Positions 14,912 to 22,756 of a stretch of DNA of 64,000 nt are shown piece after piece. Source of the stretch: an uncultured Candidatus Saccharibacteria bacterium (GTDB lineage Bacteria; Patescibacteriota; Minisyncoccia; Phycocordibacterales; UBA2100). The stretch spans positions 65,800 through 129,799 of the forward strand of contig CAZZHR010000002.1 of assembly GCA_964654205.1 (NCBI GenBank). Reading direction: 5' to 3'. Numbering within the stretch: the stretch's first letter is position 1; each line of letters opens with the position of its first letter. The position numbers and the translations under genes are program-made. The notes under the pieces were generated by a model. It saw nothing but the letters and a program-made list of their open reading frames with translations, made no database searches and was not told where the DNA came from.

Positions 14912-17900
14912 TCATCTAAAGCCCGTGGCAGCCGCGCCGAATACGACGAGCGAGCTGGTCGCATTGGTCGCGACAAATGAGACGAGGTCACATTGGTTGG
15001 CCGTCGTGGTGAGTGTCGGTGCGCTTCCACCCTGCCAGCGCACGACCGCTGGCCAGGTCAGTGTGCGGCTTCCCGTGCCGTCTTGGCACACCACGAGACG
15101 GAGGATTTGCCCCGCGATGAAATTGGAGAATGTAATCGTGCGGTTGCCGCCGAGTGTCACCTTCTGCTGGTTGCCTTCAAGCCAGTTGATAGCCACGGTC
15201 GCGCCGTCGGAGAGACTCCTTTCCACCGTGGTGATAGCGCCACCCGCACCCACCGCAAATTTCGCAAACGGCGTCGATGTACCCACACCCACGTTGCCGT
15301 TGGCGTTGATGACAAAGAGGGACTGCGCTGTGGTGGAAGCGACCTGTATGAAGTTGGTCGAGCTATCCTGCGTCTCTATCGTGAGCTTGGCCGCAGGGGT
15401 CGTGGTGCCGATTCCTGCCGCTGTCTCTACATAGAGCTTGCCCGCTCCAGTCGGCGACGTGGGGCAGCCGGATGCGCAGACAAGGAGGTTGTCGTCGGAG
15501 AGCAGAATGTTTTTGTTGGACGTGTGTATCGTAAGGTCGCCAGTCGAGTCCACTTGGAGCGAGGCGACCGTGGAATCATTGTACGAAATCGCTACCTGAG
15601 GATTCGCCGCTGCAGCCGTCACCGAGAACTTGCGGTACGGCGATGTGGTGCCGACACCGAAGAATCCGGCACTCGTGGCGCGCATCACCTCGGTGAGCGC
15701 GCCACTTTGCAGTGTCGAGAACACGAGGTCGCCCTTCCCGAGCCCGCCGAAGTTCTGTTGCAAGATGCTCGTGATTGCAGAAGTCGTCGTACCCGTGCCG
15801 GTGACATCGAGCGCGCGGAATGAGAGCCGCGATGCGGTCGATGTCGCGCTCGCCGCATTGGTGAGGTAGAGCTGGTCGGCGGTCGCGCCGGAAGATGTGT
15901 TGTAGACATCGAGCTTCGTGCCCGGCGTCGTCGTACCGATGCCGACATTGCCCGTGCTGGTGATGCGCATTCGCTCTTGGCTCGACTCATATCCACCAGT
16001 CCTAAACTGAATACTGTCGGAGCCGCCTGATGCAACATTCCCGTTGGTAAAGAGCACCAGACTAGTATTCGAACCGAAACTCGTGTTTCCGCCGAGACCG
16101 TATCCGACACCAGACCCGTACGCACGGAAGTAGCCTGTCGCAGTATCGCTATGTACAGTGTATGTGCTCTGACCATTGCTATTTGCATTCGTCACCGTGA
16201 CCCCGTCGACGCTCGCTACATTGCTGTACACAGTGAGTTTTGTAGACGGAGTCGTCGTCCCTACCCCCACGTTGCCGGTGTTTGTCACCGCAAAGAGCGA
16301 GCTCGTCGCGCTCGCGGTCGAGCTCGCTATCTCGAAGAGCATCGTATTGGTCTCGCCCGACAGTGCGTGCACTGAGAGCTTAGCCCACGGCGACGACGTG
16401 CCGATACCGAAGCGCGCATTGACCGTATCCCACGTGAGCGTACTCGACGCCGCCATCACGCCGCCGTAGTTGAATTGTATGTTGCCGTTGCCGCCTGCCG
16501 GAGCCGAGCCGCCGGATGCGAGGAGGGAGCCGGAGAAGTATGTGTAGACTGCCGAACCATCGACAGCTGTACCCGTTGAAAGCACCGCTGCTTCGAGATA
16601 GTCGGATGTTCCATTCATGTCGACAATGGTGGTTACTTGCGCCGCATCTGCACCACCCGATCGATAGGGACCGTTTGCTATCGCGACACCGTTCTTACGG
16701 ACAGCTGCCTGACAGTTGTTTGTGGTATTTGTACATCCAACAGACGCGACAACGATATACTTGCCGGCTACCGTAGGTGTGAAGCGGTTGGTCGTTAGGT
16801 CAAAATTGTTGTTGGTATCGTAAGTTTCAGTCGTCCAATCGACCACAAGTACCGTATCGCTCACAGTGGTTGTCGCCGACCCATTGCGATGCACATGGAA
16901 CGCTACCGTAGAAGAAGCGGTTCCAACCGTGCGGTTCGTGTAGACCTTGACCGCGAATCCGCCTGCGCCGCCTGCGCCGCCTGCGCCTCCAGTGCCCGCA
17001 TTTCCAGCGCTACCCCCGGAGCCAACGGTGAAATAGAAAGTCCCCGTCGGACTGCCTACAAGCTCGTACGCGTATCCTCCGCCTCCACCTCCGCCTCCAC
17101 TCCATACGTTGTTGAGATCATTGATTCCGCCGCCAGCCCCTCCTCCTCCGAACGCGTTGCCTGCGCCGCCTGCTGCCGTAGTACCCGCTCCGCCACCCCC
17201 ACCGCGGGCACCATTGCCCCCCGCTCCTCCCACTGCGTACAGATCTTGCGTCTCCCCACCATCCGCATCAATACCAAGCGTGAGTCCGCCTGCACCACCA
17301 ACGAGATTTACTTCGCCACCGGAGCCAGAACCGCCAGATGCCGCAGGCCCATTGGAGCCAGACCCACCGCCTCCGCCCGTCGCACTTAAGTGCGGAGAGG
17401 AGCATGCGACAGAATTGCTTCCGAAGCATGTCGTACCTCCTACGCCACCATTGCCGCCGTTGCCTCCACCGCCACCCCCTCCACCGCCGCCCCAAACCTC
17501 CACTTCTATATATGACGTATCGCTCGGGAGCGTGAGCGTGCCACCGGAGAAGCTCGGTGCGCTGCCGGGGTCTCCGGTGAAGACCACCGACGAGGTTCCC
17601 ACAGTGGAAGTCGCGTATGTTCCTATGAGCGTGTTGCCACCACCTCCGCCTCCACTCGAGCCGCTCCCCGTCCCCGCACACTGTCCGCTCGGGAGCAGGA
17701 AGCAGCCGCTCGTGAGTTGGACGCCACCCGCAAAGGTGGATGTTGCCGAGCCGGTGATATTGAGGAGTGTTGATTGAATGCCGCCAGAGAATGTTGTGGT
17801 GGAAGGCGACCCAAACGTCGCTGCGCCGGTGGATGCCGAGAACGAGAGCGCGGCTACCGTAGAAGTCGACGAGTGCGTCGAGGTGGCGAGGTAGAAGGTG

Positions 17901-20900
17901 CTGCCGATGTTGCGGAGTGTCCAGAGATTGCTGCCGAGCCCGTCCGAGAGCGCGAGCTGCGGACCTGTCGAGCTCGCGACCGTAAGAATATGGTACGGTG
18001 TCGTCGTACCGATGCCGAACGTACCGTTGAAATAGCCGAGACCGTTGTCGAGAATGCGGAAGCGCGTCGTCGAGGCGGAGTCGAAGAATTCCGTGAGTAT
18101 GCCCGTGCCCGTCCCAGATCCCTGCACTGAGAGCTTAGCCCACGGTGACGTGGTGCCGATTCCGACGTTGCCCGTCGAACCCTGAATGAGCATTCTCGTC
18201 GCGTAACTCCCGGCCGTTGCGTTGGCCTTGAAATGGAGGTCGCCATTGTTGCCCGTCTGCCCTATCTCCGCCCAGCCCGTGCCAGTACCCGCGCCGCCGG
18301 TCGTGAATATCATGCTGCCGACGTTGCCTGTACCGGCTCTGTTGAGGAAGAGTCGGAAGTCGCCCGACGTGTCAAAGGCCGCACTCGTACCGAAGACGTC
18401 GAGCTTACTCCCCGGCGTCGTCGTACCGATTCCCACGCTGCCGGTGCTCTTTACCGCCAAAAGGTCACCGCCGGATCCGCTCGATGAGTTGAGCTGCAAG
18501 AGGTCCGCGCTGGAACCGGTATGAAGACTTCCAACGATGACGGGCTTCGCGATGTCGTGCTCGTTGTAGATGTTGAAGATACCTGTAAAGGTCGGGGAGG
18601 TTTTGCCAAAACCGATCTCCCCCGTGGGACTGACGATGAAGGCGTTGACGCCGTCGGTCCTGTTCTGGAAGAAGAGCGCCCCAGCAGGAGTATTGCCGCT
18701 ATCCCCCGCGAGGAAGCCCCATTTCTTACCGCCGGAGTCCGTATTCTGGAGATTGAACCACGGATCGCTGCCGCTCACATGGAACTTCGCGTCGCTTGAA
18801 GCTGCGCCCACGCCGAGCAGACCCTGCACGAGTAGGTTACCTGTCGTCGTCGCGCCGCCTGAGATCGTGAGGCCGCCCGCCTGTGTGCCGTCGCCGATGG
18901 TGGAACTTGCTGTGACACCGAGGCCGCCAGTTACAGCGAGTGTGGTCCACGGACTTACGTTGCCGATACCGACACTTCCACCACCGCTTTGAAGGACGAG
19001 ATTATTCCATGCACCGGCACCGCTGCTCTGTGCGCTGAGTCCAAAATAAGTATTGCCCGTGCTCGCGCCCGACGCTACAAAGAGCACCGAACCGGCTGAA
19101 CCAGAGACCCAATCGCTCGTCGTTATCGCAAGTTGTGAAGGCGCATTACCGCCAGTAATTTGCAACTTACCGTTGGTCGGACTCGCCGTGCCGATACCGA
19201 AGTTGCCGCTGATGCGGTCGACGAAGACGAGCGGCGAGGAGGTACCGACGGTAAAGAGCGAGGTCGATGGCGGCGTCGATGTGCCGACGGCGAGACCGCC
19301 GGAGGCGATTGTGCTCGTCGCCGTCGTCGAAGTGGCGACGAAATATGAAGCGTCGACGAATGACGTAAAGCGAGCATTGCCACTAACGTGAAGCTTATAG
19401 GTGGGAGAGGTATTACCTATACCTACAGAGCCAGCTGTATTGAGGAACAATAAGTCTGTCGCCGCGGCGCCCGTGCTGATGGAAAATCCAGAGCTATCGT
19501 TACCACTGATTCCGACTTTCCATTCTGGAGTCGTACCGCTTCTGACAAAGCTGACATTCGGTGCCACATTTCCGTTTATCAAAATTCCTTGATACGTCGT
19601 TCCTGCAGTCACATGGAGTGGCTGCTGCGGATTTGTTGTTCCAATTCCAACCCGACCGCTTGGGTTCCAAATGCCGGAGCCCGGGAAGAATGCGGTGCCA
19701 GAGACAGAGAGCGCGGTTGAGGACGCATACGGGAACGTGGACGCTGCTGTGGTAGAAGTCGCAGTGAAGATTGGCGCGGTGATGGTGTTGTATGCGGTGA
19801 GTGCGCCGCGCAGGAGTGAGCTGCCCGCGACTGAGAGGTTTCCGCTTGAGTCGATGGTCGTCGTCGCGCTGCCGCCGAAGTACGCAGTGCCAAAGTTGGA
19901 GAAGTTAGTACTCGACGCATTCCCCGAGAATATCTGGAGCGCCGTCCAGTTGTTGGAGACACTTGTGTCCACGGAGCCCCCACCGCCCGTGATACAAGCA
20001 CCGTCTACGGCAAAGCATCCGTCGGCGAGGTTTATTCCATTGGCAAATGTGGTAGTAGCCGAGCCGGTAAAGGTAATATCGCTCAGCGTAGTCCCAGAAA
20101 GGGTACCGCCCGTAATCGTCGAGTCGGAGATATCGACGCTGCTGAGCTGATCGATTTTGTTTGTGTGCGCGACCGTCTGATACACATTGGTAATACTTGC
20201 CGACTGCGCTGTAGAGACACCGGCGACGAGGCTTGTGAGTCGCTGTTCCACGGCTGCGATCCGCGTATCGAGGTCGGCATCCGTGATGCCGCCGACAGAT
20301 GCAACTATGCGCTCGGTCTCGACGATACGTTCAACGACTCGTTCGTTTGTCACCACAGTCGATGTGCTCACAACAACAGGCGTTTGCTGCGATTGCGCTA
20401 CGATAACCTGTGCGCGTTCATACGGATCCATCGTGTCGATGAATCCCGCATCGAGCGGTGTAAGTGCGAGCGAGTTCGTCGCGTCACTCGGGAACACGAT
20501 GTTGTAGACGAACGTGTCGACGCTCGTGTTGACTGCCTTCGCGATGGTGCGCAGCGCATCAGGGAAGAAAGAAAGTGTCGCGCTCGATACTTGTGCGAGC
20601 GCGACCTCGGGATTCTCAACCGCATAGTACGTCGCATCACTCGCCGCGCGCACCGCGCGCGTCGCCACTTCATCAACTCGTACGAGCGACTGCGCGACGC
20701 TCGCCGCCATCTCGCGCGTAGTCTCCGCTGCAAACCGCGCATAGGCTGGGTCGACAAACGCATACGTGCCAAATGTCATGGTGAACGCAACGAGCATCGC
20801 GACAAACTTCTGCAGAAACTCCGTCGCGGGAGAAATCGTGTACACCGGCACGTGCACATGTGCGTGACTCAAAGTACGAGCAACCGCCTCGTGCACGCCC

Positions 20901-21349
20901 GACGGCGCCGCTGCGATAGACGGCATCGCGTGAGCGACCTTCGCGCTCTGCGCCACCGCCGCAGCCTTCAATTTTTCCTGCACATGCTTCGCGTGCGCCG
21001 CCAACGTCTTCGTCACAGGTATTTGTCCGCTCACAGAAAGGGCGCTCTCGACACTCTTTACACTTTCAGATTTCAACTTTATATCTTGTGGCTTATTCTC
21101 CACCCCGTGATATTCACGCACCCGTTCATCCGACAGCTGCTCCCTGCGGATGGTTTTCGCATGCTCTTGCTCCACGAGGTATTTTTGGAGCGAGCCCTCA
21201 TCGACGTACCAGTTCTTGCCGATTCTTCTACCGCGAAGCCTTCCATCACGGCAAAGACGAGCGATGTAGTCGCGAGAGAGCCCTGCACTGGATGAAGCAT
21301 CCCCGGCCGAGAGGTGCTTCTGCCCGTCGAAATATATTTCGTTGCTCAT
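14912..21349 (-). CDS. giant (2145 aa from ATG 21349) membrane protein: cytoplasmic excisionase-type HTH, one TM, then an ectodomain of GIGTTxP repeats, a glycine-rich domain and a C1q-like domain
   Basis: One uninterrupted ORF. Modules are listed separately. I prefer ATG 21349 (MSNEIYFDG) over GTG 21430 because the paralogous module in the next gene starts at the same relative position. Confidence 0.9.
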   Translation of the reverse strand: MSNEIYFDGQKHLSAGDASSSAGLSRDYIARLCRDGRLRGRRIGKNWYVDEGSLQKYLVEQEHAKTIRREQLSDERVREYHGVENKPQDIKLKSESVKSVESALSVSGQIPVTKTLAAHAKHVQEKLKAAAVAQSAKVAHAMPSIAAAPSGVHEAVARTLSHAHVHVPVYTISPATEFLQKFVAMLVAFTMTFGTYAFVDPAYARFAAETTREMAASVAQSLVRVDEVATRAVRAASDATYYAVENPEVALAQVSSATLSFFPDALRTIAKAVNTSVDTFVYNIVFPSDATNSLALTPLDAGFIDTMDPYERAQVIVAQSQQTPVVVSTSTVVTNERVVERIVETERIVASVGGITDADLDTRIAAVEQRLTSLVAGVSTAQSASITNVYQTVAHTNKIDQLSSVDISDSTITGGTLSGTTLSDITFTGSATTTFANGINLADGCFAVDGACITGGGGSVDTSVSNNWTALQIFSGNASSTNFSNFGTAYFGGSATTTIDSSGNLSVAGSSLLRGALTAYNTITAPIFTATSTTAASTFPYASSTALSVSGTAFFPGSGIWNPSGRVGIGTTNPQQPLHVTAGTTYQGILINGNVAPNVSFVRSGTTPEWKVGISGNDSSGFSISTGAAATDLLFLNTAGSVGIGNTSPTYKLHVSGNARFTSFVDASYFVATSTTATSTIASGGLAVGTSTPPSTSLFTVGTSSPLVFVDRISGNFGIGTASPTNGKLQITGGNAPSQLAITTSDWVSGSAGSVLFVASGASTGNTYFGLSAQSSGAGAWNNLVLQSGGGSVGIGNVSPWTTLAVTGGLGVTASSTIGDGTQAGGLTISGGATTTGNLLVQGLLGVGAASSDAKFHVSGSDPWFNLQNTDSGGKKWGFLAGDSGNTPAGALFFQNRTDGVNAFIVSPTGEIGFGKTSPTFTGIFNIYNEHDIAKPVIVGSLHTGSSADLLQLNSSSGSGGDLLAVKSTGSVGIGTTTPGSKLDVFGTSAAFDTSGDFRLFLNRAGTGNVGSMIFTTGGAGTGTGWAEIGQTGNNGDLHFKANATAGSYATRMLIQGSTGNVGIGTTSPWAKLSVQGSGTGTGILTEFFDSASTTRFRILDNGLGYFNGTFGIGTTTPYHILTVASSTGPQLALSDGLGSNLWTLRNIGSTFYLATSTHSSTSTVAALSFSASTGAATFGSPSTTTFSGGIQSTLLNITGSATSTFAGGVQLTSGCFLLPSGQCAGTGSGSSGGGGGGNTLIGTYATSTVGTSSVVFTGDPGSAPSFSGGTLTLPSDTSYIEVEVWGGGGGGGGGGNGGNGGVGGTTCFGSNSVACSSPHLSATGGGGGSGSNGPAASGGSGSGGEVNLVGGAGGLTLGIDADGGETQDLYAVGGAGGNGARGGGGGAGTTAAGGAGNAFGGGGAGGGINDLNNVWSGGGGGGGGYAYELVGSPTGTFYFTVGSGGSAGNAGTGGAGGAGGAGGFAVKVYTNRTVGTASSTVAFHVHRNGSATTTVSDTVLVVDWTTETYDTNNNFDLTTNRFTPTVAGKYIVVASVGCTNTTNNCQAAVRKNGVAIANGPYRSGGADAAQVTTIVDMNGTSDYLEAAVLSTGTAVDGSAVYTYFSGSLLASGGSAPAGGNGNIQFNYGGVMAASSTLTWDTVNARFGIGTSSPWAKLSVHALSGETNTMLFEIASSTASATSSLFAVTNTGNVGVGTTTPSTKLTVYSNVASVDGVTVTNANSNGQSTYTVHSDTATGYFRAYGSGVGYGLGGNTSFGSNTSLVLFTNGNVASGGSDSIQFRTGGYESSQERMRITSTGNVGIGTTTPGTKLDVYNTSSGATADQLYLTNAASATSTASRLSFRALDVTGTGTTTSAITSILQQNFGGLGKGDLVFSTLQSGALTEVMRATSAGFFGVGTTSPYRKFSVTAAAANPQVAISYNDSTVASLQVDSTGDLTIHTSNKNILLSDDNLLVCASGCPTSPTGAGKLYVETAAGIGTTTPAAKLTIETQDSSTNFIQVASTTAQSLFVINANGNVGVGTSTPFAKFAVGAGGAITTVERSLSDGATVAINWLEGNQQKVTLGGNRTITFSNFIAGQILRLVVCQDGTGSRTLTWPAVVRWQGGSAPTLTTTANQCDLVSFVATNATSSLVVFGAAATGFR
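16517..16906 (-). other. C1q/TNF-like jelly-roll domain (130 aa)
   Basis: VAFHVHRNG...FDLTTNRFTPTVAGKYIVVASV...AAVRKNGVAIANG...VDMNGTSDYLEAAV...YTYFSGSLLA follows the C1q globular-domain pattern (F.A...F...G.FT.P..G.Y.F...KNG...L..GD.V...F.G.LL). Confidence 0.6.
16940..17515 (-). other. glycine-rich domain of the type seen in phage minor-tail / ALK-like Gly_rich proteins
   Basis: Opens with IEVEVWGGGGGGGGGGNGGNGG, has internal EVNLVGGAGG and FYFTVGSGGSAGNAGTGGAGG, and closes with GGFAVKVY. Confidence 0.6.
21173..21349 (-). other. excisionase-type (HTH_17-like) module at the N-terminus of the giant protein
   Basis: IYFDGQKHLSAGDASSSAGLSRDYIARLCRDGRLRGRRIGKNWYVDEGSLQKYL fits the pattern of HTH_17, a MerR-superfamily helix-turn-helix (hEaA..lGvs..ti.rl.r.G.l....iG..w.i....l..yl). 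Confidence 0.6.
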
Positions 21350-21650
21350 GAGCGATGATGCCTGTGGCCGGACGCACGATTTATCTAATATTCTACTACT
21401 CTTTTCGCCAATTGGACGTGTATCGGACACTATTACGTGTGGACAAGCCTAAGCAGAATTTGTACCGGACATTTTTTACATTTTTTCCCACAAGTTCGTA
21501 TCAACGCACAAAAAATTCTCCGTTTTTTTGAAAAAAAGCCTCTTCACTACAACCTCTCACCTCTTACCTACCCCCCTCCTCCCGGCCGACTCGGGCATCC
21601 GAGGAGCGACGTAGAGCGGTATTCCGCGCGTGTGTGGCGCAGAAAATGAA

Positions 21651-21670
21651 CGGCGCCCAATTGGGCGCCG
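21651..21670 (-). terminator. hairpin / terminator: CGGCGCCCAATTGGGCGCCG
   Basis: A perfect 20-nt palindrome 26 nt downstream of the 21696 stop, followed on the minus strand by TTCATTTT. Confidence 0.55.
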
Positions 21671-21695
21671 CCTTAAGGCCTAGTCACTACACGAA

Positions 21696-22682
21696 TCAGC
21701 GCGAATAGCGTACTTCTTTGCTCACGATGGCTTCCAGAAGGTCGATGAGTACTTCGAGGCCACTCGCTGCATTTGCGGTCATGGTCTCAACCGCGCCAAC
21801 ATCTGCCGCCTCGAACATTGCGTAAAGTGATTCACTCTTGATCGACGCAAAGCCATACGACATCACGATGACCACGGTGAGAGCCACGCCCGCTTTTATC
21901 GCCAAAGACTTAGACATTCCGGGCATCCGTCCACGTCGCATGGGTGCCGTCTTGGCCACTGCATGCGGCACAGCACCTGCACGAGCCCGCGTCTCAACAA
22001 TGCGAATCAGTACAGCATTCGGAAGCGGCTCCAACGCCGCGCTTCGCACTTCATCATTCGCCACCGTTTTCACGTCGGCTGTCGCATTTTGAGTGTCGCC
22101 CTTCAGCTGAGGTTTGTTCACCATTGGCATAAGATGCTTCTCGTCCCGGATGTAGGTGTAGTACGAGGTAGGCCTCTCATCTGATCTCAGCCCTTGAGGC
22201 ACATTACTCGGTGCCGGTCGTACCAGGCCTACTGCATCCGCCTGGACTGCAGCGAGAAGCGAATCTTTCTGGGATTTATGCGTCAAAAGGCCGTTTCTCT
22301 CGACATACCAGCGATTCCCTATTTGCCGAGAGAGTATTTTGCCGGCCCGAGCGAGCTGACCAATGTAGTCAGGATTGTAGCCTGTCATTTTCGCGGCCTT
22401 TGCCGCCGAGACATAGTCCTTGCCATCGAAGGTAATGAGTGTGTCGGCTGCGTCCACAGGCCGTATAGGGGCTTCTGGTGGCCTTGGGACGAATGAATCA
22501 GCATTGCGCTTGTACGCTTCGAGTGAGGCAGGATTCACGTACCAGAGCCCGCCTACGCGCTGCGCGTCGATGACTCCACCGCGCGCAAGCTGGCCGACGT
22601 AGTCCTGCGCGTAGCCGTATTCCTTTGCCGCGCGCTTCGAAGATATATATGTCGTTCCGCCGAGATATAGCTGATCTGCCAT
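21696..22682 (-). CDS. C-terminally membrane-anchored protein with two tandem excisionase-type HTH modules
   Basis: YISSKRAAKEYGYAQDYVGQLARGGVIDAQRVGGLWYVNPASLEAY and YVSAAKAAKMTGYNPDYIGQLARAGKILSRQIGNRWYVERNGL. TM helix LAIKAGVALTVVIVMSYGFASI near the C-terminus. A TATACT box lies 6 nt upstream of ATG 22682. Confidence 0.8.
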   Translation of the reverse strand: MADQLYLGGTTYISSKRAAKEYGYAQDYVGQLARGGVIDAQRVGGLWYVNPASLEAYKRNADSFVPRPPEAPIRPVDAADTLITFDGKDYVSAAKAAKMTGYNPDYIGQLARAGKILSRQIGNRWYVERNGLLTHKSQKDSLLAAVQADAVGLVRPAPSNVPQGLRSDERPTSYYTYIRDEKHLMPMVNKPQLKGDTQNATADVKTVANDEVRSAALEPLPNAVLIRIVETRARAGAVPHAVAKTAPMRRGRMPGMSKSLAIKAGVALTVVIVMSYGFASIKSESLYAMFEAADVGAVETMTANAASGLEVLIDLLEAIVSKEVRYSR

Positions 22683-22688
22683 GATGCA

Positions 22689-22694
22689 AGTATA
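22689..22694 (-). promoter_or_regulatory. -10 box TATACT 6 nt before ATG 22682 (leaderless geometry)
   Basis: The minus strand reads ttgTATACTtgcatcATG. Confidence 0.45.
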
Positions 22695-22756
22695 CAATGA
22701 GCCGCATCTCGGCTTCCCGACTTTCCGAGATTATGTGGACAGCGCAGTTCCTTCGC

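Noticed and set aside
17109-17777. 222-aa proline-rich plus-strand ORF
   Set aside because: It is the reverse-complement shadow of the glycine-rich domain (GGN codons read as NCC, which gives Pro). It is not an independent gene.
20165-21295. 376-aa Arg-rich plus-strand ORF
   Set aside because: It is antisense to the N-terminal region of the 2145-aa gene. It has extreme Arg/His/Cys content and no motif.
10115-21349. Prophage or phage-tail gene cluster
   Set aside because: The proteins have tail-fibre-like domains. However, there are no capsid, portal, terminase, tape-measure, baseplate, integrase or lysis genes, and both giants carry N-terminal membrane anchors. Cell-encoded adhesins seem more likely.
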